Source of the DNA: Eledone cirrhosa
Lineage: Eukaryota
NCBI GenBank assembly: GCA_964016885.1
Contig: OZ024740.1
Location: 198,276,001-198,340,000 of the forward strand
Length of the DNA stretch: 64,000 nt
Reading direction: 5' to 3'
Below are positions 13,302 to 24,502 of the stretch, piece after piece (position 1 is the first letter of the stretch; each line of letters starts with the position of its first letter). A model generated the notes under the pieces. The model worked only from the letters and a program-made list of their open reading frames with translations. It ran no database searches and had not been told where the DNA came from. Made by a program: the position numbers and the translations under genes.

Positions 13302-13941
13302 GTTAAAGTGTACATCTACATATGTATACGGAAGTACTAGTATGCATATAAATACACACATGTATACATATGTACATGTACCGAGTTTTTCACTAGACAC
13401 TTTAGCGTCAGTCATACAAAAGTGAGTTAGAAGCGAAACGAAATTTAATTTCGTTTCGTTATTTGTTTTTATCGTTTCCGCTCAACCGGCGCGTACAATG
13501 ACTCACGTTCTATGCAAATTAGTCTGCCCACTACTGATTTTCATAGAAAAAGCATATAACGATATGTGCTTTTACAATTCTCCAGAGAAGCCGGAAGATA
13601 GGTATATATTGCTGATGAGATGTAATAACATCGAAACTAGTCCAATATTCCTGTCTGGCTCTCTGGAGAATAGAGGAAGTGTGTTTCCTTGAAAACTCGT
13701 ATGACATTAAAACCCGGTTCGTCTGTTTGTTTACATACAGACTAGCTGGACACTCACTGTAAAGTGTCTAGTGAAAAACTCGGTACATGTACATATGTAT
13801 ACATGTGTGTATTTATATGCATACTAGTACTTCCGTATACATATGTAGATGTACACTTTAACTTAATTGTTTAAGCGTCAGTCATACAAAAGTGAGTTAG
13901 AAGCGAAACGAAATTTAATTTCGTTTCGTTATTTGTTTTTA
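13296..13941 (+). mobile_element. Retrozyme-like element: inverted head (13296-13403) + 471-nt terminally redundant unit
   Basis: 13405-13470 repeats at 13876-13941; head is the reverse complement of 13760-13868. Confidence 0.85.
13606..13648 (+). ncRNA. Type I minimal hammerhead ribozyme
   Basis: atattg-CTGATGA-gatgt(aata)acatc-GAAA-ctag-TC-caatat; stem I extends to ttctccagag/ctctggagaa. Confidence 0.92.
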
Positions 13942-14923
13942 TATATATATATATATATACATTCATAATTACATATACATGCACACACACATACATGTGC
14001 ATAAGTATAGTAATTAGTGGCCATGCGCCCGGACACGGTGCATACTGCTGTGCAATTTGACCTGGGTTGTCTTGTCAGAGAGACAACTGTGGAGCTGGTG
14101 GAGGGATGCACATATAAATCTCCACCTGGCCTTTGCATTTATCCTTATTGTACGTAATAACCGTCGTGGACTAAAAAATTGTGTTCAGAAGAATAAATAT
14201 GATTTCGGGTGTTTGAATCTAATTGCAGCATCACTGATTGAACATGTTATTTAACATTTTTGCCAAAGTCCATCTCAGCAGTTGATGTCCTTGTAGTTCT
14301 GTGTTTCGTTTGTATTTTTTGCCATAGTTTTTATTTTCAAAAATCTTTTTTAAAAGTTTCTCCTTAAAAATTTGTATTTCGTTCTCTCTTGTTTTCGTTT
14401 GTATTATTTTCCGATGTCTATTATCCTAAGTTTGTTATTACTAATCTATCACTAACGTGGTCATTATTCTCCGCTCCGCTCCGTCTTAATGGATTACATT
14501 TTTAACACGATCTCTTACTATCTTCTTGTTGCATTTTTTCCATTTTTCCTTTTTACCCATTTTTTTCAATCTCACAAGACTATCGTTTCTATAAAAATTA
14601 CAATATCTTCTCCTAGTTGTCACATGACATACGTTGTGTACTTGTTATGGCTTAATTGCTGTAAGTTATTGTTATGTCTTGTATTTTAATTCAGGGACTA
14701 CGCTTTGGCTTGTTTGTCAGACGCTGTGACCTCGGGTCGATCAGCAGTACCTTTGGTAGGGATCGAACGTCTTACCAGCTGGAGCCCTTGGACTTATATA
14801 TCTTTCATTTGTCTTTTTCTTTGTCATTGTTTTTTATTTAAAAAAATATTTCCTAAAAATATTTTTTTTTCGTTCTCCCTTGTTTTCTATTGTAAAAAAA
14901 ATACATATATATATATAGAGTAA

Positions 14924-15345
<422 letters not shown>

Positions 15346-15444
15346 TATATATATATAATGGCTTCCCACTCGTTATCGAGTATGACTATTGCACGATACA
15401 CCATTATTAGTAATTATTAATTCTATCGTGCAATGCATGTGCGT

Positions 15445-15535
<91 letters not shown>

Positions 15536-16359
15536 GTATATAATGCTATATTACAGTTAATACTTGGTGATTGAGCCTAATAAAATCGTGGAGTTTCCAC
15601 GGGGTGAACCAGTTGTTTCTAAAATTCTTAACATACAAATGAGAGAATAGATATTCTATTTTATTTTAATGTATTTCCTCTTATTTTGGGAATTATGTAT
15701 AACATTTTTGAAAACATGTATATATATGCCTAGGCAGAATCATGTATATTACATGCACAGACATACATACACATACCCCCCCCATACACACGCAATTATA
15801 TATATATATATATGATCCTGTGAGTGCACAGATGAAACTCCAGTATAATAAGACACACCACATAGCCATAATTGAGAGAGATCGGCAACATTTAGAAGAA
15901 GTCCATGGTCAACGGATGTCGGAATGGACGTACACAATTTCGAACTCTGCTGAGAGTACAGGCGATAGTAGTTGTTTGACACAAACCAACAATACAGAAA
16001 AACTGGGTGATATCATGCAGAACAGTTTTGTCAGCTTGCGTACATCGTAGACAGGTTCAGCTGTTGACACTACACAGTCTGTAGAGATTGTCTGAAACTG
16101 TTAATGACCGTCTGTAATAATCTCAGACCAAGGATGTCAGAAAATTGATCCTAATCCCCGACCTAAATATCTTCATGATTGCCGTCGATAACACCCGGAA
16201 CTGTTATCAACCTGACCTCGCCCATGGCTTCCACTAACACTCTATATAACATAGGTGATGTTTGCTGACTGCTTATTAGTTGCTCAGCTGGTAAAGTATT
16301 CTATTAGTCGTAGTGATTTCTAATTTATGCACTTGTGCAACACAATTTGAGTGGTGCCT

Positions 16360-16705
16360 TATTATATTATTTCAACCGAGGAAGGGCGGAAGGCAAAGTT
16401 GAATTCTGCAGGATTTTTACCCAGAACGTTGTACCCAGAAGAGCTGGACACATTCGGCCAAGCATTTTCGACGCACCTAAAGATTCTGCCATTCAACCAT
16501 TCGAATAATAATGGTTTCTGATTTAGACAAAAGACCAGCAATTTTTGGGGAGGGGAAAATCGATTAAATCGACTTAAGTGCATGACTAGTACTTTATTTT
16601 ATCGACACCGTATGAATAAAAGGCAAAGCTAACCTCGGCAGGATTTGAAGTCAGCACGTAAAAGGTTGTAACTCTATGTCGTGAAGCAGAGTGTCTGACA
16701 CTACT
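16360..16705 (-). mobile_element. Two adjacent older tRNA-SINE copies
   Basis: ggcaaagttgaa/ggcaaagctaacctcggcaggatttgaa and actttattttatcgac SINE blocks. Confidence 0.7.
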
Positions 16706-16819
16706 ACAAATAATGATATATTTCATTTGCAATAATAAAATTGTTATTGTTAAGGTATCGATCACACTGGAGGCTGATATTACATTTAGAAATCGCCTTT
16801 CATGTTGGTTACAACAACA

Positions 16820-16821
16820 AT

Positions 16822-16912
<91 letters not shown>

Positions 16913-16938
16913 ATTATTATTATTATTATTATTATTAT
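16820..16938. repeat. (CTA)n(TAA)n(TTA)n microsatellite
   Basis: Direct inspection. Confidence 0.95.
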
Positions 16939-17555
16939 TGTTCTTTGAGTCTCAGTCATTGATGTTAGTTAACTGGAAAGTTTGATGAAATGAATATCAA
17001 GCCGCTACCTGCAGCCTCAGATATTCAGGACGCATCGTAGGCTTCTTGCTGTTCCCAGCAAGCATGCCTTTTGAAGTGTTCCAAAAAGCGGGGCTGGACT
17101 AATCTTCTTTAACCATCTTGGAAACTCTTTGAGATAGTACCTAGTGGGCCTATGACAATAGGGACGATCTTGATTTCATGGCAGTTCCAAATCCTTTTTA
17201 ACTCCCACTTTAAGTCCTGGTATCGGTTAATTTTCACCCTCTCCTTTTCTTGCACTCTAGTGTCAAATGGGCAGGCTACATCCACAATCAGGCACGATCT
17301 TTTTTCCATCGTTATTATTATTGAGGTGGATTGGCAGTATCGGTAGAGGGTCGGACGCCATGCTTTGCAGCAAAGAGTTACGGCCCTTTATGATCTGAGT
17401 TCAAATCCCGCTGAGGTTAACTTTGCCCTTCATCCTTTCGGGGTCGATAAAATAAGGTACCAGTAATACACTGGGTGATTGCTGGCCTTGTGCCAAAAGG
17501 AGAAACAATTATTATTATTCAGGTTTCTGTTCTTGTGGTATTTGTTAACTTGTCA
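16939..17555 (-). mobile_element. R4/Dong-like non-LTR retrotransposon 3' fragment (restriction-like endonuclease), interrupted by a SINE
   Basis: RKP[SINE]..EKRSCLIVDVACPFDTRVQEKERVKINRYQDLK..VPIVIG.LG..LQKACLLGTA; 3' end abuts (TAA)n. Confidence 0.8.
17323..17510 (+). mobile_element. tRNA-derived SINE, full length
   Basis: Same family as 6865-7051; flanked by ttattattatt. Confidence 0.9.
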
Positions 17556-18083
17556 TTGCACAACAAGTCAGCTTTAAACCACTTCCCCGATCACCTGACT
17601 ACTGTACTGTTAGTGTTGTTGCTTTTAATATTCAATGTAATTCCCTTAAATCATATCAGTGACGATTCGAAGGATTATGAAAAGCAATTGATGTTGTATG
17701 GTTTTGGGAGCATTTACTCTACCACTTCTAGAATGCTTCGCTATAAATGGAGAAATTGTTACAGGTTCTGTATCTTCTGCGTATATCTAACACACTAACG
17801 AGATTAAACCATTATAGATAAATGGAAGGCAAGAATCATTGACTTTGGTTTTAATATTCACACTGATTGCAATAGCTTTTAGTGTAGTGTTCAAAGCTAT
17901 ATTTTGTTAATAAATCCATTCAAAATTTCTTATGCGGAAACACTAACTCATTGTATGCTGTTCAGAATATGCAAATATGATTTCTATCGAGTATTCTAAG
18001 AAACAGAGGATTTAAAATCTATCTAGTTTCATTTTAATTTGATAGACTTGCTATTAAGTAAACGCTTTGCTAACAACGGACTG

Positions 18084-18228
<145 letters not shown>

Positions 18229-18310
18229 GTGTAAGAAAGTAGTGATTTTAGAGACAAGACATATGTTTGATTTTGTATCATTCATGACTCTTTACTTTGA
18301 AAGTAATAAT

Positions 18311-18430
18311 GATTGTTTCTACTATTGGCACAAAGCCAGTAATTACCCGGTGTATTACTGGTACTTTATTTTATCGAACCCCGTAAGGACGAAAGGCAAA
18401 GTTAACCTCGGCGGGATTTGAACTCAGAAT
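18311..18430 (-). mobile_element. tRNA-SINE, 5' truncated
   Basis: Matches SINE body. Confidence 0.85.
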
Positions 18431-18657
18431 GGCAACGAGTAATAATATTATATGTATATATATATATATGTATGTATAAATAAATACAATATCGGAGAAA
18501 GCTTTTTAGCGATACTTCGGCCAAATTCCAACTCACTCAACAAACATTAGGAAATAACTGATTATATTCCCAATTATGTGTTCGGGGTGCTAACTAAAAG
18601 TATTGCGTGGAAAATTGGCTGTATTATTTCAAATGAGACATATCTAATATATCTCTT

Positions 18658-18784
18658 CCCAGACGGACATCTCGTTTCATTATAGGATTCCTACAATTTG
18701 GGTGAAATTATACCAATTTATGTAGGATCTTGTATACCATCAATAGATATATATTCAAGTGGGCTCCTATAATTCATCAGTGGG
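18658..18784 (-). ncRNA. Type I hammerhead ribozyme with long stem II
   Basis: Minus strand: ccca-CTGATGA-attatagga..tcctataat-GAAA-cg(agatgtc)cg-TC-tggg. Confidence 0.85.
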
Positions 18785-19019
18785 TGCCCCAATAATACTA
18801 ATATTGATAATCTAACCAACATCAGCATTTAGCGATAATCACTTTCTGTGACTGAGGTATCTGTCAGGTTGCCAGTCCAGCAGTTCTAAAAGAAGTGCTC
18901 GAACTGATTTAAAAAATGAGGAAGTGAATTACCGCAAAAAAAAACTATACATGCGCGTGACAATGAACTCTGAAAGGAATTCAGGCCACGTGCTAAGAAC
19001 TCAATTGGAAATTGAAAAA

Positions 19020-19050
<31 letters not shown>

Positions 19051-19181
19051 TATATATATATATGTGTATGTATATATATGTATGTATATATGTATATATA
19101 TGTATGTATATATATATGTATGTATATATATATGTGTATATATGTATATATATGTATATATATATGTATATATACATATAT

Positions 19182-19413
19182 AAAAGCTTCACGCACAGGC
19201 ATTGCTTTATATCTTGAGATCTCTCTGCACTTGTCGTCACATGGTACCATGGGCCCAGCACTATGTGTCAATAATTGTCACAAGTGTAGTGTTTGTACCA
19301 GTTTTCAAGTCGCTGGCTGGACTAAAAAGTCACACTCGTTTAGCGCATCGGTAGGGGTTCTTCTACATAGATATAAAGTAGTGGCCGTACTCGAAAACGA
19401 GTTGGCAGCCACC
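19182..19413 (+). mobile_element. 5'-truncated copy of the 609-bp element
   Basis: Matches 3587-3823. Confidence 0.85.
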
Positions 19414-19417
19414 ATAT

Positions 19418-19480
<63 letters not shown>

Positions 19481-19544
19481 TCCCAAGGCTCTGATACCAT
19501 CAACACCATAAACACAGAGCTGGCAAATCTAAGAACTGACTAAC

Positions 19545-19596
19545 TGCCTGATGAGGTCATAGCCATTCAATGGCTATCATTGAAATATATATAGCA
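19545..19596 (+). ncRNA. Type I minimal hammerhead ribozyme
   Basis: tgc-CTGATGA-ggtc-atagcca/tggctat-catt-GAAA-tatata-TA-gca. Confidence 0.7.
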
Positions 19597-19913
19597 CTAA
19601 ATAAGGGATTAGGAGTTCATGCAATTGATTTATATTTCGTCACTATATATATATATAAGTTTGATATATATATATATAACTTTACATTCATCTCTCTATC
19701 TATCCATTTAATTGATAATATCTCCATTCACTTACTTCTGTGTGTCCGTGTATACATAGGTATTGCGCCCTAACGCTCCTCTACGTATTCTGAACCACTG
19801 CGTACAGTCAGCTGTGGTGGCCACAATTTGATCTTGAATTCTAAGCTATGGTAGCTCAAAGCTTGTTAAATTAACTCTCTTCAGCACACTGCTTCTTACT
19901 CCGCCCCACGGAC

Positions 19914-19974
<61 letters not shown>

Positions 19975-19978
<4 letters not shown>

Positions 19979-21435
19979 GGAAAAAATGAAACGAAATTAC
20001 ATTTCCCACTCTTAGTACGGCTGTTACTTAAATATAAGTAGGTACACGTACATACATATATGTATACAGACGTACAGTAGTATGTATATATATATACATA
20101 CATGCAGACATATATATATGTACGTATGGATTCACCGAACATTTATTATAATGCTCGGTGTGTTTGTAAACAAACATCCCGTATTAAGCCGTAGTGTCTA
20201 GCAACCATCGTTGGTCGTTTGTTCAACACTGACAAAGGAACGCTGTACTAGTTTAAAGCTTATTATCTATCGTCAGCAACGTATACCTTCCTGCCAGATT
20301 GTTGAACGTATATACTTACCTTATGCATATTAACGGCTGAGTAGCCTAATTTGCATATCGAGTGGGTTAATCGGCCGGGTGCACCGAAAACGATGAACGG
20401 AAAAAATGAAACGTGTCAGTGTTGAACAAACGAGCAACGATGGTTGCTAGACACTACGGCTTAATACGGGATGTTTGTTTACAAACACACCGAGCATTAT
20501 AATAAATGTTCGGTGAATCCATACGTACATATATATATGTCTGCATGTATGTATATATATATACATACTACTGTACGTCTGTATACATATATGTATGTAC
20601 GTGTACCTACTTATATTTAAGTAACAGCCGTACTAAGAGTGGGAAATCAAATTTCGTTTCATTTTTTCCGTTTCTCGTTTTCGGTGAACCCGGCCGATTA
20701 ACTCACTCGATATTCAAATTGGGCAACTCAGCCGTTAATATGCATAAGGTAAGTATATACGTTCAACAATCTGGCAGGAAGGTATACGTTGCTGACGATA
20801 GCTAATAAGCTTAAAACTAGTACAGCGTTCCTTTGTCAGTGTTGAACAAACGAGCAACGATGGTTGCTAGACACTACGGCTTAATACGGGATGTTTGTTT
20901 ACAAACACACCGAGCATTATAATAAATGTTCGCTGAATCCATACGTACATATATGTATGTGTGCATGTATGTATATATATATACATACTACTGTACGTCT
21001 GTATACATATATGTATGTACGTGTACATACTTATATTTAAGTAACAGCCGTACTAAGAGAGGGAAATCAAATTTCGTTTCACTTTTTCGGTTCCTCGTTT
21101 TCGGTGCAACCGGACGATTAACCCACTAGATATGCAAATTGGGCTACTCAGCCGTTAATATGCATAAGGTAAGTATATACGTTCAACAATCTGGCAGGAA
21201 GGTATACGTTGCTGACGATAGCTAATAAGCTTTAAACTAGTACAGCGTTCCTTTGTCAGTGTTGAACAAACGAGCAACGATGGTTACTAGACACTACAGC
21301 TTACAAACACACCGAGCATTATAATAAATGTTCGGTGAATCCATACGTACATATATATATATGTGTGCATGTATGTATATATAGATATACATACTACTGT
21401 ACGTCTGTATACATATATGTATGTACGTGTACATA

Positions 21436-21475
<40 letters not shown>

Positions 21476-21530
21476 TATGTACACGTACATACATATATGT
21501 ATACAGACGTACAGTAGTATGTATATCTAT
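19975..21530 (+). mobile_element. Non-LTR retrozyme-like array: one inverted unit + ~2.4 tandem 420-nt units + short inverted tail
   Basis: gtcagtgttgaac at 20415, 20835 and 21255 (period 420); 19975-20413 is a reverse-complement unit; one hammerhead-like motif per unit. Confidence 0.88.
20787..20827 (+). ncRNA. Hammerhead-like motif lacking G12 (also 21207-21247 plus and 20241-20281 minus)
   Basis: cgttg-CTGACGA-tagct(aata)agctt-(T/A)AAA-ctag-TA-cagcg. Confidence 0.7.
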
Positions 21531-21531
21531 A

Positions 21532-21587
<56 letters not shown>

Positions 21588-21589
21588 TA

Positions 21590-22375
21590 TATCATAAAAT
21601 ATGGCTATAGAATGACCATATAAAATATATACCGTTTCCTCTCCCAATTAGCATAATTAACTATATAAAAAATCAATTAGACCAAGCTATAAGAAGAAAT
21701 CTCCGACAAATAACCAAAATCAGCCCCTTCGCGGCGGTTACGACGGATCATTTATCGAATATTTCGACAGCATGTAGAAATCGACCAGATATACAGTCAA
21801 CTAAACAGAATTAGGTGTAAAATAAACTAGAAGAAAAGTGTACATATTTATTTACCTTTACCATGGTTTCATCCGCATTTTAAAACATCCGATAACATTG
21901 GATATGTAGAGCTTCGGATTCTTCAGGACCGCTGCCACGTCACGATTCTTACCCATTTTTGAATGTATTCTTGGCGCGATCACTTTGGAAAATTAATTGT
22001 CTAAATTTGAGCTAAATTCCTGAAGTATCCGAAGCTCTAGATATCCAATGTTATCGGATGTCTTAAAATGCGGATGAAACCATGGTAGAGGTAATTAAAT
22101 ATCTACACTTTTCTTCTAGTTTATTTTACACCTAATTCTGTTTAGTTGACTGTATATCTGGTCGTTTTATACATGCTATCGAAATATTCGATAAATGATC
22201 TGTTGTAACGGCCGCGAAGGGGCTGCTTTCGGTTATTTGTCGGAGATTTCTTCATAGGAGCCTTTATTCTTATAGCTTGGTCTAATTGATTTTTTATATG
22301 GTTAATTATGCTAATTTGGAGAGGAAACGGTATATATTTTATCTGATGATTGTATAGACATGTTTTATGATATAT
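21590..22375. mobile_element. Head-to-head inverted pair of pLTR-like hammerhead elements
   Basis: 21590-21927 is the reverse complement of 22018-22375; hammerhead cores CTGAAGA (minus, 21854-21930) and CTGAAGT (plus, 22015-22093). Confidence 0.85.
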
Positions 22376-22568
22376 AGCTCTGATTATTTAATTTATTAAT
22401 TCTTCATTGAGCCACAAAGTGACCCGTTGCAAAACATATATATATTTATGACTTTATATATATATATATGTAAACCTTTATATATATATATGAGTGTTTG
22501 TGTGTGTGTTTGTGTGTGTGTGTATGTGTGCATGTGTGTGTGTATGTCTGCATGTGTGTGTGTGTGGA

Positions 22569-22599
<31 letters not shown>

Positions 22600-23242
22600 G
22601 TGTGTGCCTGTGTGTAATATGATTGTATGTGGAGTATATATGATATATTTTAGTCTGAGTATGAGAGATTTTCATGAACTGTCACCATGTCACCATTATC
22701 TCCACAACAAAGGGAGAGAATTTAACGACAGCGTTTCTTGATTATCACCATTGCTAGGAGGAAATTACTCCCTCACTGTTTCGTCTAAAATTAGCTGAAA
22801 GCCTATCGTATTATGCTTATGAAAATCGGCTGATAATGCTTATTTGTATACTGTGCAAAAGTTTGCCGGTTCGGATTAATAATCACTGAAGTTGTATTAA
22901 TCAGAATAGTTTATATATGGAATCATGCACGTTACGTTCAAATATAATAAACAAACATTAAATATATCGTATATGATTCCATATATACAACCTTATTCAG
23001 CGGATTTTCATAAACTATAATCTTTCAGCTTATATTAAACTTAACATTGAAGAAATAAGCTTCTTCAAGAAGGCTAATAATCCAACGACTTCGCCGTCTA
23101 ACTTTGTTGTTGACATGGCGATAACATTATCACAGCTTATTAAAAAATCTCGCAGTGAGGCTAATAGGATGTTTATAATAAATAAATCGAATATAATTCC
23201 ATATTACGATTCCCGCTAGGCCATTCAGTGCTAATAATCTTG

Positions 23243-23312
<70 letters not shown>

Positions 23313-23317
23313 CTATA

Positions 23318-23369
<52 letters not shown>

Positions 23370-23372
<3 letters not shown>

Positions 23373-23980
23373 TGGCTGCCAACTAGTTTTTAAGTACGGC
23401 CACTACTTTATATCCATGTAGGAGAACTCCTACCGATGCGCTGAACGAGTGTGACTTTTTAGTCCAGTTAGCGACTTGAAAACTCTGGTACAAACACTAC
23501 ACTTGTGACAATTATTGACACATAGTGCTGGGCCCTTGGTACCATGTGACGACAAGTGCAGAGAAATCTCCAGATATAAAGCAATGCCTGTGCCGTGAAG
23601 CTTTTATAGTGAGCAAAGGCACTGCACAAAGCCAGTCCCACTCTCTTAACCAAGATGATATTTACCAAAAAAAAGAACAAGTCAACATCATTGCATACCA
23701 TCAGGGTTGCAGGTGTTATATCAGAGTTTTCCTTCTCCTAGAATTCTACCATGACAAAGGCTAAGGGGTCATCTCTCCTGGTGATTTTAGATGGCCATTG
23801 ACTCTTAAGAGCTCCTTTGCCCTTTGACAGGTTTTGTTTTTAGTCCTGCAGGATGTCCAAAATCAACCTCCTCACCAAGAAACCTTGGTGGGGTTGCCAG
23901 TTTAGTCGCCAACGACCCGACTATGGGACAGGTTGTACTGGAATACATGTTACGAGTAGTACCAACTAGTGACCTGACAC
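23370..23980 (-). mobile_element. ~609-bp non-coding element, full copy 2
   Basis: Reverse complement of 3215-3823. Confidence 0.85.
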
Positions 23981-24000
23981 ATTATATACATATATATATA

Positions 24001-24400
24001 TAAACGTTTGTATATGTATAATAAAGCCAAAACATGCAGGTATGAACAGAGAATAAAGAATGTAAATGCAAAAGATATTGTTGACAATTAGTCTTTTACC
24101 TTAGATGTATTTAAATGTCCTTAATTTTCGAGATAATAGCTCTTCTTCGGGGGGAAGCAAAGCGGTTAAACCAGTGTTCTAAATAACTTGCCAAGTCATG
24201 CTGAGTTGGCAAGCTATTTAGAACAGTGGTTTAACCGCTTTACTTTCCTCCGAAGAAGAGCTATTATCTCGAAAATTAAGGACATTTAAATACATCTAAG
24301 GTAAAAGACTAATTGTCAACAATATCTTTTGCATTTGCATTCTTTATTCTATGTCTATACCTGCATTTTTTTGGCTTTATTATACATATACAAACGTGTA
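24001..24400. mobile_element. Palindromic (fold-back) element with variant hammerhead CCGAAGA
   Basis: ~195-bp arms around gtcatgctgag; tcct-CCGAAGA-a-gag/ctc-GAAA-atta-agga at 24246-24282. Confidence 0.75.
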
Positions 24401-24440
24401 TACCTCATTACACAATGCTTCAAGTGAACTATAACTTCCT

Positions 24441-24501
<61 letters not shown>

Positions 24502-24502
<1 letters not shown>

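Noticed and set aside
15815-16130. Possible PLE endonuclease C-terminal remnant (similarly 55500-55930)
   Set aside because: Only vague motif resemblance; cannot be supported without a search
19780-19895. Minus-strand CTGAAGA motif
   Set aside because: Could not place a GAAA or a closing stem
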